64,000 nucleotides of DNA from an uncultured delta proteobacterium (GTDB taxonomy: Bacteria; Myxococcota_A; Polyangia; Polyangiales; Houyiibacteriaceae), in assembly GCA_963699755.1 (NCBI GenBank), contig CAVOVB010000001.1, positions 1,120,001 to 1,184,000 on the forward strand, in the 5' to 3' direction. The position numbers and the translations under genes are program-made. Shown here in pieces: positions 1 to 9,210 of the stretch (positions are counted from its first letter, which is position 1; each line of letters begins with the position of its first letter). The notes under the pieces are model-generated. The model saw only the letters and a list, made by a program, of their open reading frames with translations, did no database searches and was not told the DNA's origin.

Positions 1-1017
1 CTCCGGACGTTCCATTCCGCGACGGATCAACATGTTGGGGAGTTGGAGCAAAGCCAGCACGAGCAAGAACACGTAAGCAAGGTTGTTCGTCAGGTGAAAC
101 AGCGCTTCGGTCTTCACTTTCCAACTCACTGGCGCGCGCAAAACCGTCACGAGGAGCTTCCGAGCGGTTTGGACCGAGCCCTTGGCCCAACGATACTGCT
201 GCCCTTTGAAGCCGTTCATCTCGGATGGCAGCTCGGCGGGCGCGCTCAGTTGTGGCGCGTATACGAACTTCCATCCTGCAAGCTGCGCCCGATAGCTCAG
301 GTCCATGTCTTCGGTGATCGTGTCGTGTTGCCAACCACCCGCGTCGACGATGGCGGATTTGCGCCACATGCCAGCGGTGCCGTTGAAGTTGAAGAAGCAT
401 CCCGAGCGATTGCGTGCGCTGTGCTCGACTACGAAGTGCCCGTCGAGCAGCATTGCCTGGCAGCGGGTCAGCCTGGACTGGTTGCGGTTTAGGTGAGTCC
501 ACCTCGCCTGCACCATCCCCACGCTTGGCTCTGCGAAAAAGTCGATCATTTCCCGGACGATTGCTGACCCGGGAATGAAGTCGGCATCGAATACCAGCAG
601 GAAGTCCCCCTTCGCGAGCTTCATGCCGGCCTCGAGCGCCCCTGCCTTGTATCCAAGGCGGTCCTCGCGATGAAGATAGACGACGTCGAGCCCCTGCTCT
701 CTCAACGCGGCGCATTTGGCGCGGGCGATCGACGAGGTCGCGTCGGTCGAATCATCGAGCACCTGGATCTCGAGTCGATCGGCCGGGTAGTCGAATCGGG
801 ACGCTGCGTCGATCAATCGCTCCGCGACGAACATCTCGTTGAACATCGGAAGCTGCACCGTGACCCGGGGAAGCTCCGCTTCGCCGAACTTCGACTTGGC
901 CGAGCTTGCCTCCCGACGGTGGCGTAGATACGAGAAGAGCAACGCGCTTCGATGAAGCCCATAGAATGCGAGCACGCCTAGCGTGATTAGGTAGAGAGCG
1001 ATGATCAAGGTCTGCAC
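1..1017 (-). CDS. GT2 family glycosyltransferase, cellulose-synthase-like; runs off the left edge of the window
   Basis: Absent from the ORF track because its stop lies outside the window. Manual minus-strand translation from GTG 1017 gives MQTLIIALYLITLGVLAFYGLHR...VTVQLPMFNE...QVLDDS...GYKAGAL...FDADF...QARW...FNGTAG...TITEDMDL...QQYRWAKG, the D,D,D,QxxRW signature. Confidence 0.9.
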   Translation of the reverse strand, partial: MQTLIIALYLITLGVLAFYGLHRSALLFSYLRHRREASSAKSKFGEAELPRVTVQLPMFNEMFVAERLIDAASRFDYPADRLEIQVLDDSTDATSSIARAKCAALREQGLDVVYLHREDRLGYKAGALEAGMKLAKGDFLLVFDADFIPGSAIVREMIDFFAEPSVGMVQARWTHLNRNQSRLTRCQAMLLDGHFVVEHSARNRSGCFFNFNGTAGMWRKSAIVDAGGWQHDTITEDMDLSYRAQLAGWKFVYAPQLSAPAELPSEMNGFKGQQYRWAKGSVQTARKLLVTVLRAPVSWKVKTEALFHLTNNLAYVFLLVLALLQLPNMLIRRGMERPE

Positions 1018-1053
1018 GTGCAATTCCAAGACTACGAAAGATCCGCCGCGAAG

Positions 1054-2508
1054 CTAGGCGGACGGCATCTCCGCGGCGGCTGCCATCTCGGCGCCGGCGC
1101 GCAGGCGCGTTAGGGTTCGTTCTTTGCCGAGCACCTCCATCACCTCGAAGAGGCCCGGGCTGCGAGTGCGTCCGGTGATTGCCACACGCGCCGGTTGGGC
1201 GACCAGCTTCATCGGAAGCTGGTTCTCTTCGAGCCAAGCTTTCACCGTTTGTTCGAGTGGCTCCTTGGCGAACGGCTCGACGGTTTCGACCACGTCGGCA
1301 AGCCGGCTGAGGCTTTCCGCGTAGGCCGGGATGAGAAACTTCAGTTTTCCCTTGGCTTCGAACTCGACGTCCCGAAAGAAGTATTCGACCGCCTCGGCTA
1401 CGTCGATGAAGGTCTCCGCTCGCGGTCTCACGTAGGGGATTGACTTCAAAAGGACCGGATCGTCGGCCGCGACTTCGATCCCGATCTTGGCGAGGAAAGG
1501 CACCGCGCCGACCGCGATCTCCTCGTCGGAGAGCATTCGCAGGTGCTCGGCCTGGACGTGCCGAAACTTCTTCGCGTCGTATCGCCCGGCCGTCGACCCA
1601 ACTTTGTCCCAGCTGAACTTGTCGATCAGCTCCCGCCGCGTGAAGATTTCCTGGTCGCCGTGCGACCAGCCAAGGCGCGCCAAGTAGTTGAGCACGGCAT
1701 CGGGCAGGTAGCCCATGTCGCGGTATTCGAGGACGCCGACCGCGGCATGACGTTTCGAGAGTTTCTCACCATTGGGCGCGAGGACCATCGGCATGTGCGC
1801 GAACGCCGGGACGGGCGCGCCGAAGGCTTCGTAGAGGAGGATTTGAGGAGCCGTGTTGACCATGTGGTCGTCGCCACGAGCGACGAGCGTCACACCCATC
1901 GTCAAGTCATCGACAACGCAGCCGAAGTTGTAGAGCGGCATTCCGTCGGGTCGAAGCAAGATCGAGTCTTGCAGGGTTGAATTCAAGATGTCGATCTTTC
2001 CTTTGACCTGATCGAGCCAGCTCGTCGTTCCATCCTTGGGCGCCCGAAAGCGAATCACGTGCGGTGCGTTCGGATTCGCCGGAGGATCCTTTCGATCCCG
2101 CCAGGGGCTTTGGAACCTGAAACCATCCTTGATGTCGCCTTTCTGATGCGCTTCTCGGGCCGCGGCGATCTCTTCTTTTGTCGCGTAGCAGCGATACGCG
2201 TGACCCGAATCGATCAGCCTAACGGCATGAGCGGCGTAGATGTCGAGGCGCTCGCTTTGAACGTACGGGCCGTGATCTCCACCGACTTCGGGACCTTCGT
2301 CCCAATCTAGGCCGAGCCAGCGCATCGATTCGAGCACGATTTGAATGCTCTCGTCCGTGCTGCGGTCTCGGTCCGTGTCCTCGATTCGCAGGATGAACGT
2401 ACCCTGGTTTCGGCGCGCCCAGAGCCAGCTGTAGAGCGCCGTTCGCACACCGCCGATGTGCAAGTAGCCCGTGGGCGACGGTGCGAACCGAACGCGAACT
2501 TCCGACAT
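1054..2508 (-). CDS. gltX: Glutamate--tRNA ligase
   Basis: RVRFAPSPTGYLHIGG (HIGH motif), LRIEDTD, KLSKR. Start placed at ATG 2508 (MSEVRVRF). Confidence 0.96.
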   Translation of the reverse strand: MSEVRVRFAPSPTGYLHIGGVRTALYSWLWARRNQGTFILRIEDTDRDRSTDESIQIVLESMRWLGLDWDEGPEVGGDHGPYVQSERLDIYAAHAVRLIDSGHAYRCYATKEEIAAAREAHQKGDIKDGFRFQSPWRDRKDPPANPNAPHVIRFRAPKDGTTSWLDQVKGKIDILNSTLQDSILLRPDGMPLYNFGCVVDDLTMGVTLVARGDDHMVNTAPQILLYEAFGAPVPAFAHMPMVLAPNGEKLSKRHAAVGVLEYRDMGYLPDAVLNYLARLGWSHGDQEIFTRRELIDKFSWDKVGSTAGRYDAKKFRHVQAEHLRMLSDEEIAVGAVPFLAKIGIEVAADDPVLLKSIPYVRPRAETFIDVAEAVEYFFRDVEFEAKGKLKFLIPAYAESLSRLADVVETVEPFAKEPLEQTVKAWLEENQLPMKLVAQPARVAITGRTRSPGLFEVMEVLGKERTLTRLRAGAEMAAAAEMPSA

Positions 2509-2784
2509 GCTCGGAGAGCTACCTGCAGCCCGTGACCGGGTCAAGCGAAGCCGAGACCCTCTCTATGCCCTTGGCTGAGCGTTCGCGTCCATGACGCCAG
2601 TGAACGAGATGCGTGCACCGATGATTGCGAGTTTCATCTCGCTCTCTTCTTCGGTTTCGTTCGCCCTTCCCGGTTCCCAAGGGCCCAGCTGGGACACCCC
2701 AACCCGTCGAAATGCCAGCTGGTGATTCTCTCCACATCAAATCCCCTTGACCCCAACTGGCTCGGTAATCAGGCTCCGTCGTTC

Positions 2785-4131
2785 ATGGGAGCGTCCGAGG
2801 TCCTGATCGAACGACTCAACCGAGGGGTCCGGAAGCGCAACGCGCGCTGGACTTTCGTGAGCGACGTGCCGTTCGGCGACGCGCTGAGGCTTCGGCGCTT
2901 TCGCCTGGGCAATGGACTCACAGTACTTTCGCTGATCGATCGCTCCGCTCCCACGGTGAGCTACCACAGCTGGTTTCGCGTGGGCTCCCGGCACGAGCGC
3001 CCGGGTAAGACGGGCCTCGCGCATCTGTTCGAGCATCTGATGTTCAACGAGACGCGCAAGCATCCGTCAGGAGACTTCGATCGTCTGATGGAGGGCGCAG
3101 GGGCCGAGGCAAACGCTGCGACTTGGACCGACTGGACCTATTACTACGAGAACGCGCCGAGGGATGCCTTGCCGCTCCTCATCGAGTTGGAGAGCGATCG
3201 CATGGCGAATCTCGTTCTTCGTGCGCCGCAGGTCAGCTCGGAGAAGGAGGTCGTCGCCAACGAACGCAAGCTTCGGGTCGAAGATGACGTCGAAGGCAAG
3301 GCGCTCGAGCTGCTCTATGAGAGTGCGTTTCGTCGCCATCCCTATCGCTGGCCGACGATTGGTTCCATGGACGACATTCGCGGCTTCACCGTAGAGGATT
3401 GTCGCGAGTTCTACCGAAAGCACTATGCGCCCAGCAACGCGACCATCGTGATTGCCGGGGATTTCAAGGAGTCGAACGCTCTGTCCCTGATTCAGAAGCA
3501 CTACGGCGGCTTGTCTGGCGCGGTCGGAGTCGAGCCAGGCAAGCAATTGAAGGAACCATCGCAGCGGGTCGAGCGAGTCTTCCAACTCGCTGCGCCGACT
3601 CCGACTGATAAGCTGCTTCTCGGCTACCGCGCACCCTCGTTCTTGGATCCCGACACCCCCGCGCTGGTCGTCGCAAACGAAGTATTGTTTGGCGGCCAAA
3701 GCTCTCGGCTGTACCGGCTGCTCTGCCTCGACGAGGAGATTGCGCTCTCGGTGCGCGGCTCGATTTCGCCCTTCGTCGACCCTGGCTTATTCGAGATGTG
3801 GATTTTTCTGCGTGAGGGAGAGAGCAGGGCCGCCGCGCTCGCCTTGCTCGATCGGGAAATCAGTCGCCTCGGCTCTGAGGGCCCAAGTGCCGTCGAGCTC
3901 GAAAAGGCGATCAATCAACTGGAGCTTTCGTTCTTGCACAGCATGGAAACGGCAGGCGGGAAGGCCGAGCAGGTCGGCTTCTACGAAACCGTTGCCCATG
4001 ACGGAGCCGCGGTGTTCGACCGGCTCGCGTCCTATCGGAAAGTGGCAGCCCAGGACGTGAGACAGGCTGTGGCAAAGTACCTCCGTCCTTCTCGCCGGAC
4101 ACGGGTCGAGATTCTGCGAAGAGCCACATGA
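2785..4131 (+). CDS. M16 family zinc peptidase, catalytic subunit
   Basis: GLAHLFEHLMF (HxxEH), NAATWTDWTYY, EKEVVANER, HPYRWPTIG. Start uncertain. Confidence 0.92.
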   Translation: MGASEVLIERLNRGVRKRNARWTFVSDVPFGDALRLRRFRLGNGLTVLSLIDRSAPTVSYHSWFRVGSRHERPGKTGLAHLFEHLMFNETRKHPSGDFDRLMEGAGAEANAATWTDWTYYYENAPRDALPLLIELESDRMANLVLRAPQVSSEKEVVANERKLRVEDDVEGKALELLYESAFRRHPYRWPTIGSMDDIRGFTVEDCREFYRKHYAPSNATIVIAGDFKESNALSLIQKHYGGLSGAVGVEPGKQLKEPSQRVERVFQLAAPTPTDKLLLGYRAPSFLDPDTPALVVANEVLFGGQSSRLYRLLCLDEEIALSVRGSISPFVDPGLFEMWIFLREGESRAAALALLDREISRLGSEGPSAVELEKAINQLELSFLHSMETAGGKAEQVGFYETVAHDGAAVFDRLASYRKVAAQDVRQAVAKYLRPSRRTRVEILRRAT

Positions 4132-5402
4132 GAGTGCTGGTCGAATCGAGCGATGTGCTTCCGCTAGTGGACGTCGAGATCGCGCTCGCGGTGGGCAGCC
4201 TGCAGGACCCCGCCGGTCAGGAGGGCCTTGCGCAGCTCACCGGTCACCTCATCCGGCGCGGTCCTCGGGGGCTTTCGCAGCAGAGGTTCGAGGAACGGCT
4301 CGCGCGCCTTGGGGCGCGAGTCTCGGTCCAGGTCTCGATGCGCTCGACGCGAATTCGCGCGACCGTGCTTCGCCGTAACCTCGAGCCCTTGCTCGGGCTC
4401 CTCGCCGATTTGGTATGGCGGCCCGCCCTTCGCGCAAACGACTTCGCGAAGCTCAAGCGGCAGGCCCAGGCGGGGCTGACCGCGAGGCTCGACGACGACC
4501 AGGCCCTCGGAGCAGTCTGCTTCCGCGAAGCGCTCTTCGGCGAGCATCCGTATGGCCGCGCCCTCGGTGGGCACTCGGACAGTCTCGCGCAGATCGGCGT
4601 GCAACAGGTCGAGAGCTTCTACGCGCGAAACATCGCAAAGGGCGCTTTTGTCGTGGGGATCGCGGGTGACGTGAGCGAGCCTGAGGCGCGCGCCTTGACA
4701 GCATCGCACTTTCCAAAAGCGAAAAGACGCGAGCACAAGGGCTCCGCGGTGCCTGCAACCAGAGCGCGCCGAGGTCGGCACGTGGTCATCGTCGACAAGC
4801 CCGAGCGAACGCAGACCCAGCTCTTGATGGGCACGCTTGGTGCGCGCACGCGCGACCGCAATCTTTTTCCGCTCATCGTCTCGAACACCGCATTCGGTGG
4901 CACCTTCAGCGGTCCGCTCATGCAAGAGGTTCGCGCCGTACGTGGCTGGAGCTACGGCGCATACAGTCACCTGCTTCACGCGAAGCAGCGCGACGCCTGG
5001 TACATGTCGACCGCCCCCGCAGCCGAGTATTCCGCCGACTGTGCCGCTTTGCAGCTCGATTTGCTCGAGCGCTGGGTCGAGCTTGGGATCAAGAAGGCGC
5101 AGCTCCGCTTTGCCCAGCGCTATTTGATCAACAGCCATTGCTTCGACCGCGATACGCCTTCCAAGCGATTGGAATCCCGCCTCGACATCGAGCTTTTGGA
5201 CATCCCTCGAAGCTACGTCGAGAAATACGACGCGCTAGTGGCAGGCGTCAGCCCGCAGGAGGCCAATGATGCGACTCGCGCTCGGATTTCAACGCGAGAT
5301 GTCACGATTGTCGTAGTAGCGACGGCAAGCCAGGTGGCCGGTGCTTTCGAACGGCTCCCCGGCGTGGAGTCCATGGAAATCGTGCCTTACGACCGCGGCT
5401 AG
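4128..5402 (+). CDS. M16 family peptidase, non-catalytic partner subunit
   Basis: M16-like motifs (HPYGR, LMQEVRAVRGWSYG), but HxxEH is replaced by QLTGH. ATGA overlap with the upstream M16 gene. Confidence 0.88.
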   Translation: MRVLVESSDVLPLVDVEIALAVGSLQDPAGQEGLAQLTGHLIRRGPRGLSQQRFEERLARLGARVSVQVSMRSTRIRATVLRRNLEPLLGLLADLVWRPALRANDFAKLKRQAQAGLTARLDDDQALGAVCFREALFGEHPYGRALGGHSDSLAQIGVQQVESFYARNIAKGAFVVGIAGDVSEPEARALTASHFPKAKRREHKGSAVPATRARRGRHVVIVDKPERTQTQLLMGTLGARTRDRNLFPLIVSNTAFGGTFSGPLMQEVRAVRGWSYGAYSHLLHAKQRDAWYMSTAPAAEYSADCAALQLDLLERWVELGIKKAQLRFAQRYLINSHCFDRDTPSKRLESRLDIELLDIPRSYVEKYDALVAGVSPQEANDATRARISTRDVTIVVVATASQVAGAFERLPGVESMEIVPYDRG

Positions 5403-6112
5403 TTACTGAGAGCCCGCCGGAGCTCGACGCGGCTCCAGATTCGCGGCACCCGAACTTGAGGTAGCTTCGCCAGTCGTTTGGCCTGCTCGTGCAGCGCCCC
5501 GCCAGGCTCAGGCAGGATGATCGTTCGGAGGTCTTCGGACCTCGTGAAGAACTCGATGACTTCCATCGACCGGGCATCGTGCGTTGCCGAGTGGATGATG
5601 AGGCCTGCGTACTCGATCTCCTCGCCCTCCAGCTCCCGCACCGCGTCTTCAAGGGTGTCAACGCCGGAGACTGAGAAGCCGAAGCTGCGGATCTCCGATT
5701 CGATTTCCTCGCGCACGCGCCGTCGGGGCTCGAACACCAAGAGCGGAAGCTGCGCCGCAGGAGCCTCGCGTCGCAGGAGCGCGCGCAAGACCGCGTTGTG
5801 GATTGCGTCCTCTTGGTCGGCAGACAAGATCGGGAACGAAATCGCCAGACCGACACAGCCGTTCTGACCGCGCACGCGTCGAACCGCACCCGTAAGACTC
5901 ATCGTCTCTTCGCCCGTATCGAGATCAATTAAGAGGTGGACCAAATGACCGGGGCGTAAGTCGCGATCGCCCAAAACCATCGCGCCGCCGGCTGAAATGT
6001 TCTCGAGTGTGTACTGCCCCACACGATCACCTCGTTGGAACAAGATGGCACGGCCATCGAGATCCACTCTGTGATTTGAGCGTCGATCCCGTTGTGCCCT
6101 TGCATGCCCCAT
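5399..6112 (-). CDS. PilZ-domain protein with C-terminal receiver-like domain
   Basis: RRSNHR (RxxxR) and ENISAGG (D/NxSxxG) c-di-GMP-binding motifs. The C-terminal half has a receiver-like pattern without the phosphoacceptor Asp. Confidence 0.8.
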   Translation of the reverse strand: MGHARAQRDRRSNHRVDLDGRAILFQRGDRVGQYTLENISAGGAMVLGDRDLRPGHLVHLLIDLDTGEETMSLTGAVRRVRGQNGCVGLAISFPILSADQEDAIHNAVLRALLRREAPAAQLPLLVFEPRRRVREEIESEIRSFGFSVSGVDTLEDAVRELEGEEIEYAGLIIHSATHDARSMEVIEFFTRSEDLRTIILPEPGGALHEQAKRLAKLPQVRVPRIWSRVELRRALSN

Positions 6113-6257
6113 CCTGTTCTCAGGATGCCGAGCTGAGCGACGAAAAGCTAGTCCGCAAGGGGTGATAACCGATCGAATCTGTTCGATTTTGCGATCTATC
6201 TTTTTGGGGTTCTCAAAGGCATGGATGATTGTATAATCGGTCACGCGAGGCCAGCCG

Positions 6258-6704
6258 ATGATGCACACCAAGATTCGCGACATCCTCCGACGAAAAGGAG
6301 AAGACGTGTACACGGTTGCTCCGCTCGCCACGGTGATCGACGCGGTCAACGCGATGAACGATCATCATGTCGGTTCGGTTCTGGTCAGTGAAGCCGGCTA
6401 TCCAGTTGGGATCTTTTCGGAGCGCGACGTGTTGGTTCGCGTCGTCGCGGGGCATCGCGACCCAGGCCAAACCCTCGTGCGTGACGTGATGACGACGCGT
6501 CTTCACACCGCATCACCGGATGACACCCTGCTCGAAGTCATGCAGTTGATGACTGACCGTCGCTGCCGCCACGTCCCCGTGATGGAGGGCGAGGTGCTGC
6601 TGGGCCTCGTGTCGATCGGCGACCTCACCAAGGCCATCCAACACGACCTGCGACAAGAGGTTCGTCAGCTTTCGAGCTACATCGGAGGCCCGTACTTAAG
6701 CTAG
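6258..6704 (+). CDS. CBS-domain pair protein
   Basis: GIFSERDVL, VRDVMT, RHVPV, GLVSIGDL. TATAAT at 6232-6237 upstream. Confidence 0.9.
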   Translation: MMHTKIRDILRRKGEDVYTVAPLATVIDAVNAMNDHHVGSVLVSEAGYPVGIFSERDVLVRVVAGHRDPGQTLVRDVMTTRLHTASPDDTLLEVMQLMTDRRCRHVPVMEGEVLLGLVSIGDLTKAIQHDLRQEVRQLSSYIGGPYLS

Positions 6705-6765
6705 CGCGCGCAACGGGGGGCGTTCTGGTGACATGGGAATTGGGGTCTGGTAGAGTGCCGGGCCT

Positions 6766-8589
6766 ATGCCGAGCCTCAAGTGGATGGTGCAGCAGGGCCG
6801 GCCCCGCGTATTTGGAATCTACAAGCGTGTGACCTCTATCGGACGGGCCGGGGCCAACGATGTGTCGATCGATTCGGAGGCCCTCGAAGCGCATCATGCG
6901 CAACTCGTGTTCGATGGGCGCGACTTCACGGTGGCGCCCGTAGACGCGGGCGCCACCCTTCAGGTGAACGGTAAGAGGAAGAAGAAGTCGAAGATCTTTC
7001 ACAACGACAAGCTCACCCTGGGTGACGTCGAGCTCGTCTTTTCCTTGTACGACGAGGGCAGCTCCCGCGATCCGGACGCCGAAGGACGGGTGTCTCAGAG
7101 CTCTGAGATCGAGGGTATGATGAAGCTGAGTGATTTCAATCGCCGGCTCCTCGAGATACGGGCGATCCCCGACCAGATCGAAGCGCTGCTCGACGCGGTG
7201 ATAGACGTCGTTCACGCGAACAAGGGGTTCGTCATCCTTCTCCGTGACGGCGATCCAGAAATCGCCGCCGCTCGAAACGTCGATCGAGAGACAATTCCCG
7301 ACGCGGTGACCCAGCTTTCGGACAGCATTCTTCGACGCTGCATCGATACACGTCAGCCGCTGATCGTCAGCGATGCCGTCAATGACACCATGTTCAACTC
7401 GAGCGAGAGCGTGATGAACCTTCAGCTCAGCTCCGTCATGGTCGCGCCCTTGATCGCTCAGGGCCAGCTCCTGGGGCTGATCTACGTCGGCAACGACAAC
7501 GTGGTGAATCTCTTCGAACAGTCGAGCCTCGAGGTGCTCACGGTGTTCGCTGGCCAGGCATCGCTCATCTTGCAGAACGCGATCTTGCTCAACCAGCTCA
7601 CGACCGACCGCGATCGCATCGCCGAAGAGCTCGAGTCGCAGAAGTTCGGCGGAATCATCGGCAGTTGTCCGAGCTTGCAGGAGGTCTTTCGACGCGTGGA
7701 GAAAGTCGCAGCGGCCGACATCAACGTGCTGATCACTGGTGAGACCGGGACGGGCAAGGAATTGTTCGCCCGAGAGCTACACCGGCGTTCCAACCGCGCT
7801 GGCGGTCCGTTCATCGTCGTCAACTGCGGGGCGATTCCCGAAAACCTCATGGAGTCTGAGCTCTTTGGCCACGTGCGCGGGGCGTTCACGGGTGCCGTGT
7901 CCACTCGGCAAGGCAGCTTCCAAGCGGCCGATGGGGGCACGCTCTTTCTCGACGAGATCGGCGAGATGCCGCTGGCGCTCCAGGTCAAGCTCCTGCGGGC
8001 TCTTCAGGAACGCGTCATCGTGAAGGTCGGCGACACCAAGCCTCAGTCGGTCGATATCCGAGTCCTCGCAGCGACGAATCGCGATCTCGAATCATCGATC
8101 AAGGAAGGCACGTTTCGAGAAGATCTCTACTATCGCCTGAACGTGGTCAACCTACACTTGCCACCGCTTCGGGAGCGCGGCGACGACATCACGATTCTGG
8201 CGAAGTTTCTACTCCACAAGTACGCCGCGGAGTTCGGCGCGACGGTCAATGGATTCACTCCCAAGGCGGTCGAGGCCATGCACAACTACGACTGGCCTGG
8301 GAATGTTCGCCAGTTGGAGAACCGCATCAAGAAGGCGATCGTCCTCGCCGACAAAACGCTGATCGGCCCTGACGACCTGGACTTGGGGGGTGATCAGCAG
8401 CGCTCCGTCGTTCCGCTCACGCAGGCACGGGAGGACTTCACGCGAACGTACATCCTCGAAGTGCTCGACCGAAACGGCGGCAATCGGACGCGGACGGCGC
8501 GCGATCTGGGCGTCGATCCGAGAACCATCTTTCGATATCTCGAGCGCGAGCCCAACGCACCGGAGCCTGGCGGAGCAGCGGAGGGCTGA
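6766..8589 (+). CDS. Sigma54-dependent enhancer-binding protein (FHA-GAF-AAA+-HTH)
   Basis: N-terminal FHA-like domain, GAF domain (SVMVAPLI...GLIYV), GETGTGKE, ESELFGH-x-x-GAFTGA, LFLDEIGE, DLYYRLNV, WPGNVRQLEN and a Fis-type HTH. Confidence 0.95.
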   Translation: MPSLKWMVQQGRPRVFGIYKRVTSIGRAGANDVSIDSEALEAHHAQLVFDGRDFTVAPVDAGATLQVNGKRKKKSKIFHNDKLTLGDVELVFSLYDEGSSRDPDAEGRVSQSSEIEGMMKLSDFNRRLLEIRAIPDQIEALLDAVIDVVHANKGFVILLRDGDPEIAAARNVDRETIPDAVTQLSDSILRRCIDTRQPLIVSDAVNDTMFNSSESVMNLQLSSVMVAPLIAQGQLLGLIYVGNDNVVNLFEQSSLEVLTVFAGQASLILQNAILLNQLTTDRDRIAEELESQKFGGIIGSCPSLQEVFRRVEKVAAADINVLITGETGTGKELFARELHRRSNRAGGPFIVVNCGAIPENLMESELFGHVRGAFTGAVSTRQGSFQAADGGTLFLDEIGEMPLALQVKLLRALQERVIVKVGDTKPQSVDIRVLAATNRDLESSIKEGTFREDLYYRLNVVNLHLPPLRERGDDITILAKFLLHKYAAEFGATVNGFTPKAVEAMHNYDWPGNVRQLENRIKKAIVLADKTLIGPDDLDLGGDQQRSVVPLTQAREDFTRTYILEVLDRNGGNRTRTARDLGVDPRTIFRYLEREPNAPEPGGAAEG

Positions 8590-8633
8590 CATTAATGTCA
8601 TGGGTAAGCCCCTAGATTCATGACAGAGTGTCA
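8587..8633. promoter_or_regulatory. Two palindromes, candidate upstream activator sites
   Basis: TGACATTAATGTCA (8587-8600, perfect 14-bp palindrome) and TGACAGAGTGTCA (8621-8633), upstream of a -24/-12 motif. Confidence 0.65.
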
Positions 8634-8663
8634 GAAACCCAGGGCTTTTCGGGTTTGGGACCG

Positions 8664-8679
8664 CGGCATGACCCTTGCT
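8664..8679 (+). promoter_or_regulatory. Sigma54 (-24/-12) promoter
   Basis: CGGCATGACCCTTGCT, i.e. GG-N10-GC with GGCA and TTGC context. Confidence 0.7.
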
Positions 8680-8694
8680 TCTAATTTCGCCGGG

Positions 8695-9210
8695 ATGCTT
8701 TTCTTTGCTTCATGTTTGGCGATGCTCGCCGCCGCCTCGAACGGTGGCTGCATTGCGGCCAGAACCATTGAATTCGAGGAGCCCGAGAACTTCCCGCCTT
8801 CGATTGTCAGCGAGCCGACCGCCGATTTTCCGCTCAACCGAGTCGGTCAGCTCAACCTCGACGATCCCGTAGAGACCAGCGAAGTGCCGCTCCAGGTCAT
8901 CATTCGCGACCCGAACTTCGATCAAACCCTCGACTATCGGATGTTTCTCGACTCGCCTCCGCCTGAGATTCCCTTCAACGAGGGCGAGGTCCTGCCCTCT
9001 GGCTTCCTCGAGCGTCCGACCGTGTTCTTCGTTCCCTACGACCTGCTCAGCCCTGGCGAGTGCCACCGGATCGAGCTGGTCGTCGTTGGGGAGTTCGACA
9101 GCTTCGTCGAGCCGCGTCGTCCGGCCGAAGAGGGCGATTTCGATGACGCGACCTGGTGGATCCGGGTCATCGATGCGGACAATCCGGTCATCTTGCAGGA
9201 GTGCCGATGA
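8695..9210 (+). CDS. Hypothetical acidic secreted protein or lipoprotein
   Basis: Hydrophobic N-terminus ending ...SNGGC. Start moved to ATG 8695, the first in-frame ATG after the sigma54 motif. Stop overlaps the next start (ATGA). Confidence 0.7.
   Translation: MLFFASCLAMLAAASNGGCIAARTIEFEEPENFPPSIVSEPTADFPLNRVGQLNLDDPVETSEVPLQVIIRDPNFDQTLDYRMFLDSPPPEIPFNEGEVLPSGFLERPTVFFVPYDLLSPGECHRIELVVVGEFDSFVEPRRPAEEGDFDDATWWIRVIDADNPVILQECR

Noticed and set aside
43..927. Plus-strand ORFs at 43-492 and 670-927
   Set aside because: They are antisense shadows of the minus-strand GT2 gene, which carries the full motif set.
2509..2784. Possible structured RNA between gltX and the M16 genes (GAGATG...CATCTC, two CCAGCTGG)
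   Set aside because: Stems are short, there is no T-box or riboswitch consensus, and such matches are expected by chance at this GC content.
6140..6172. GACGAAAAGCTAG resembling part of a c-di-GMP-I riboswitch near the PilZ gene
   Set aside because: The upstream GGCAAAC...GAAA hairpin is absent, and the match is on the opposite strand to the PilZ gene.
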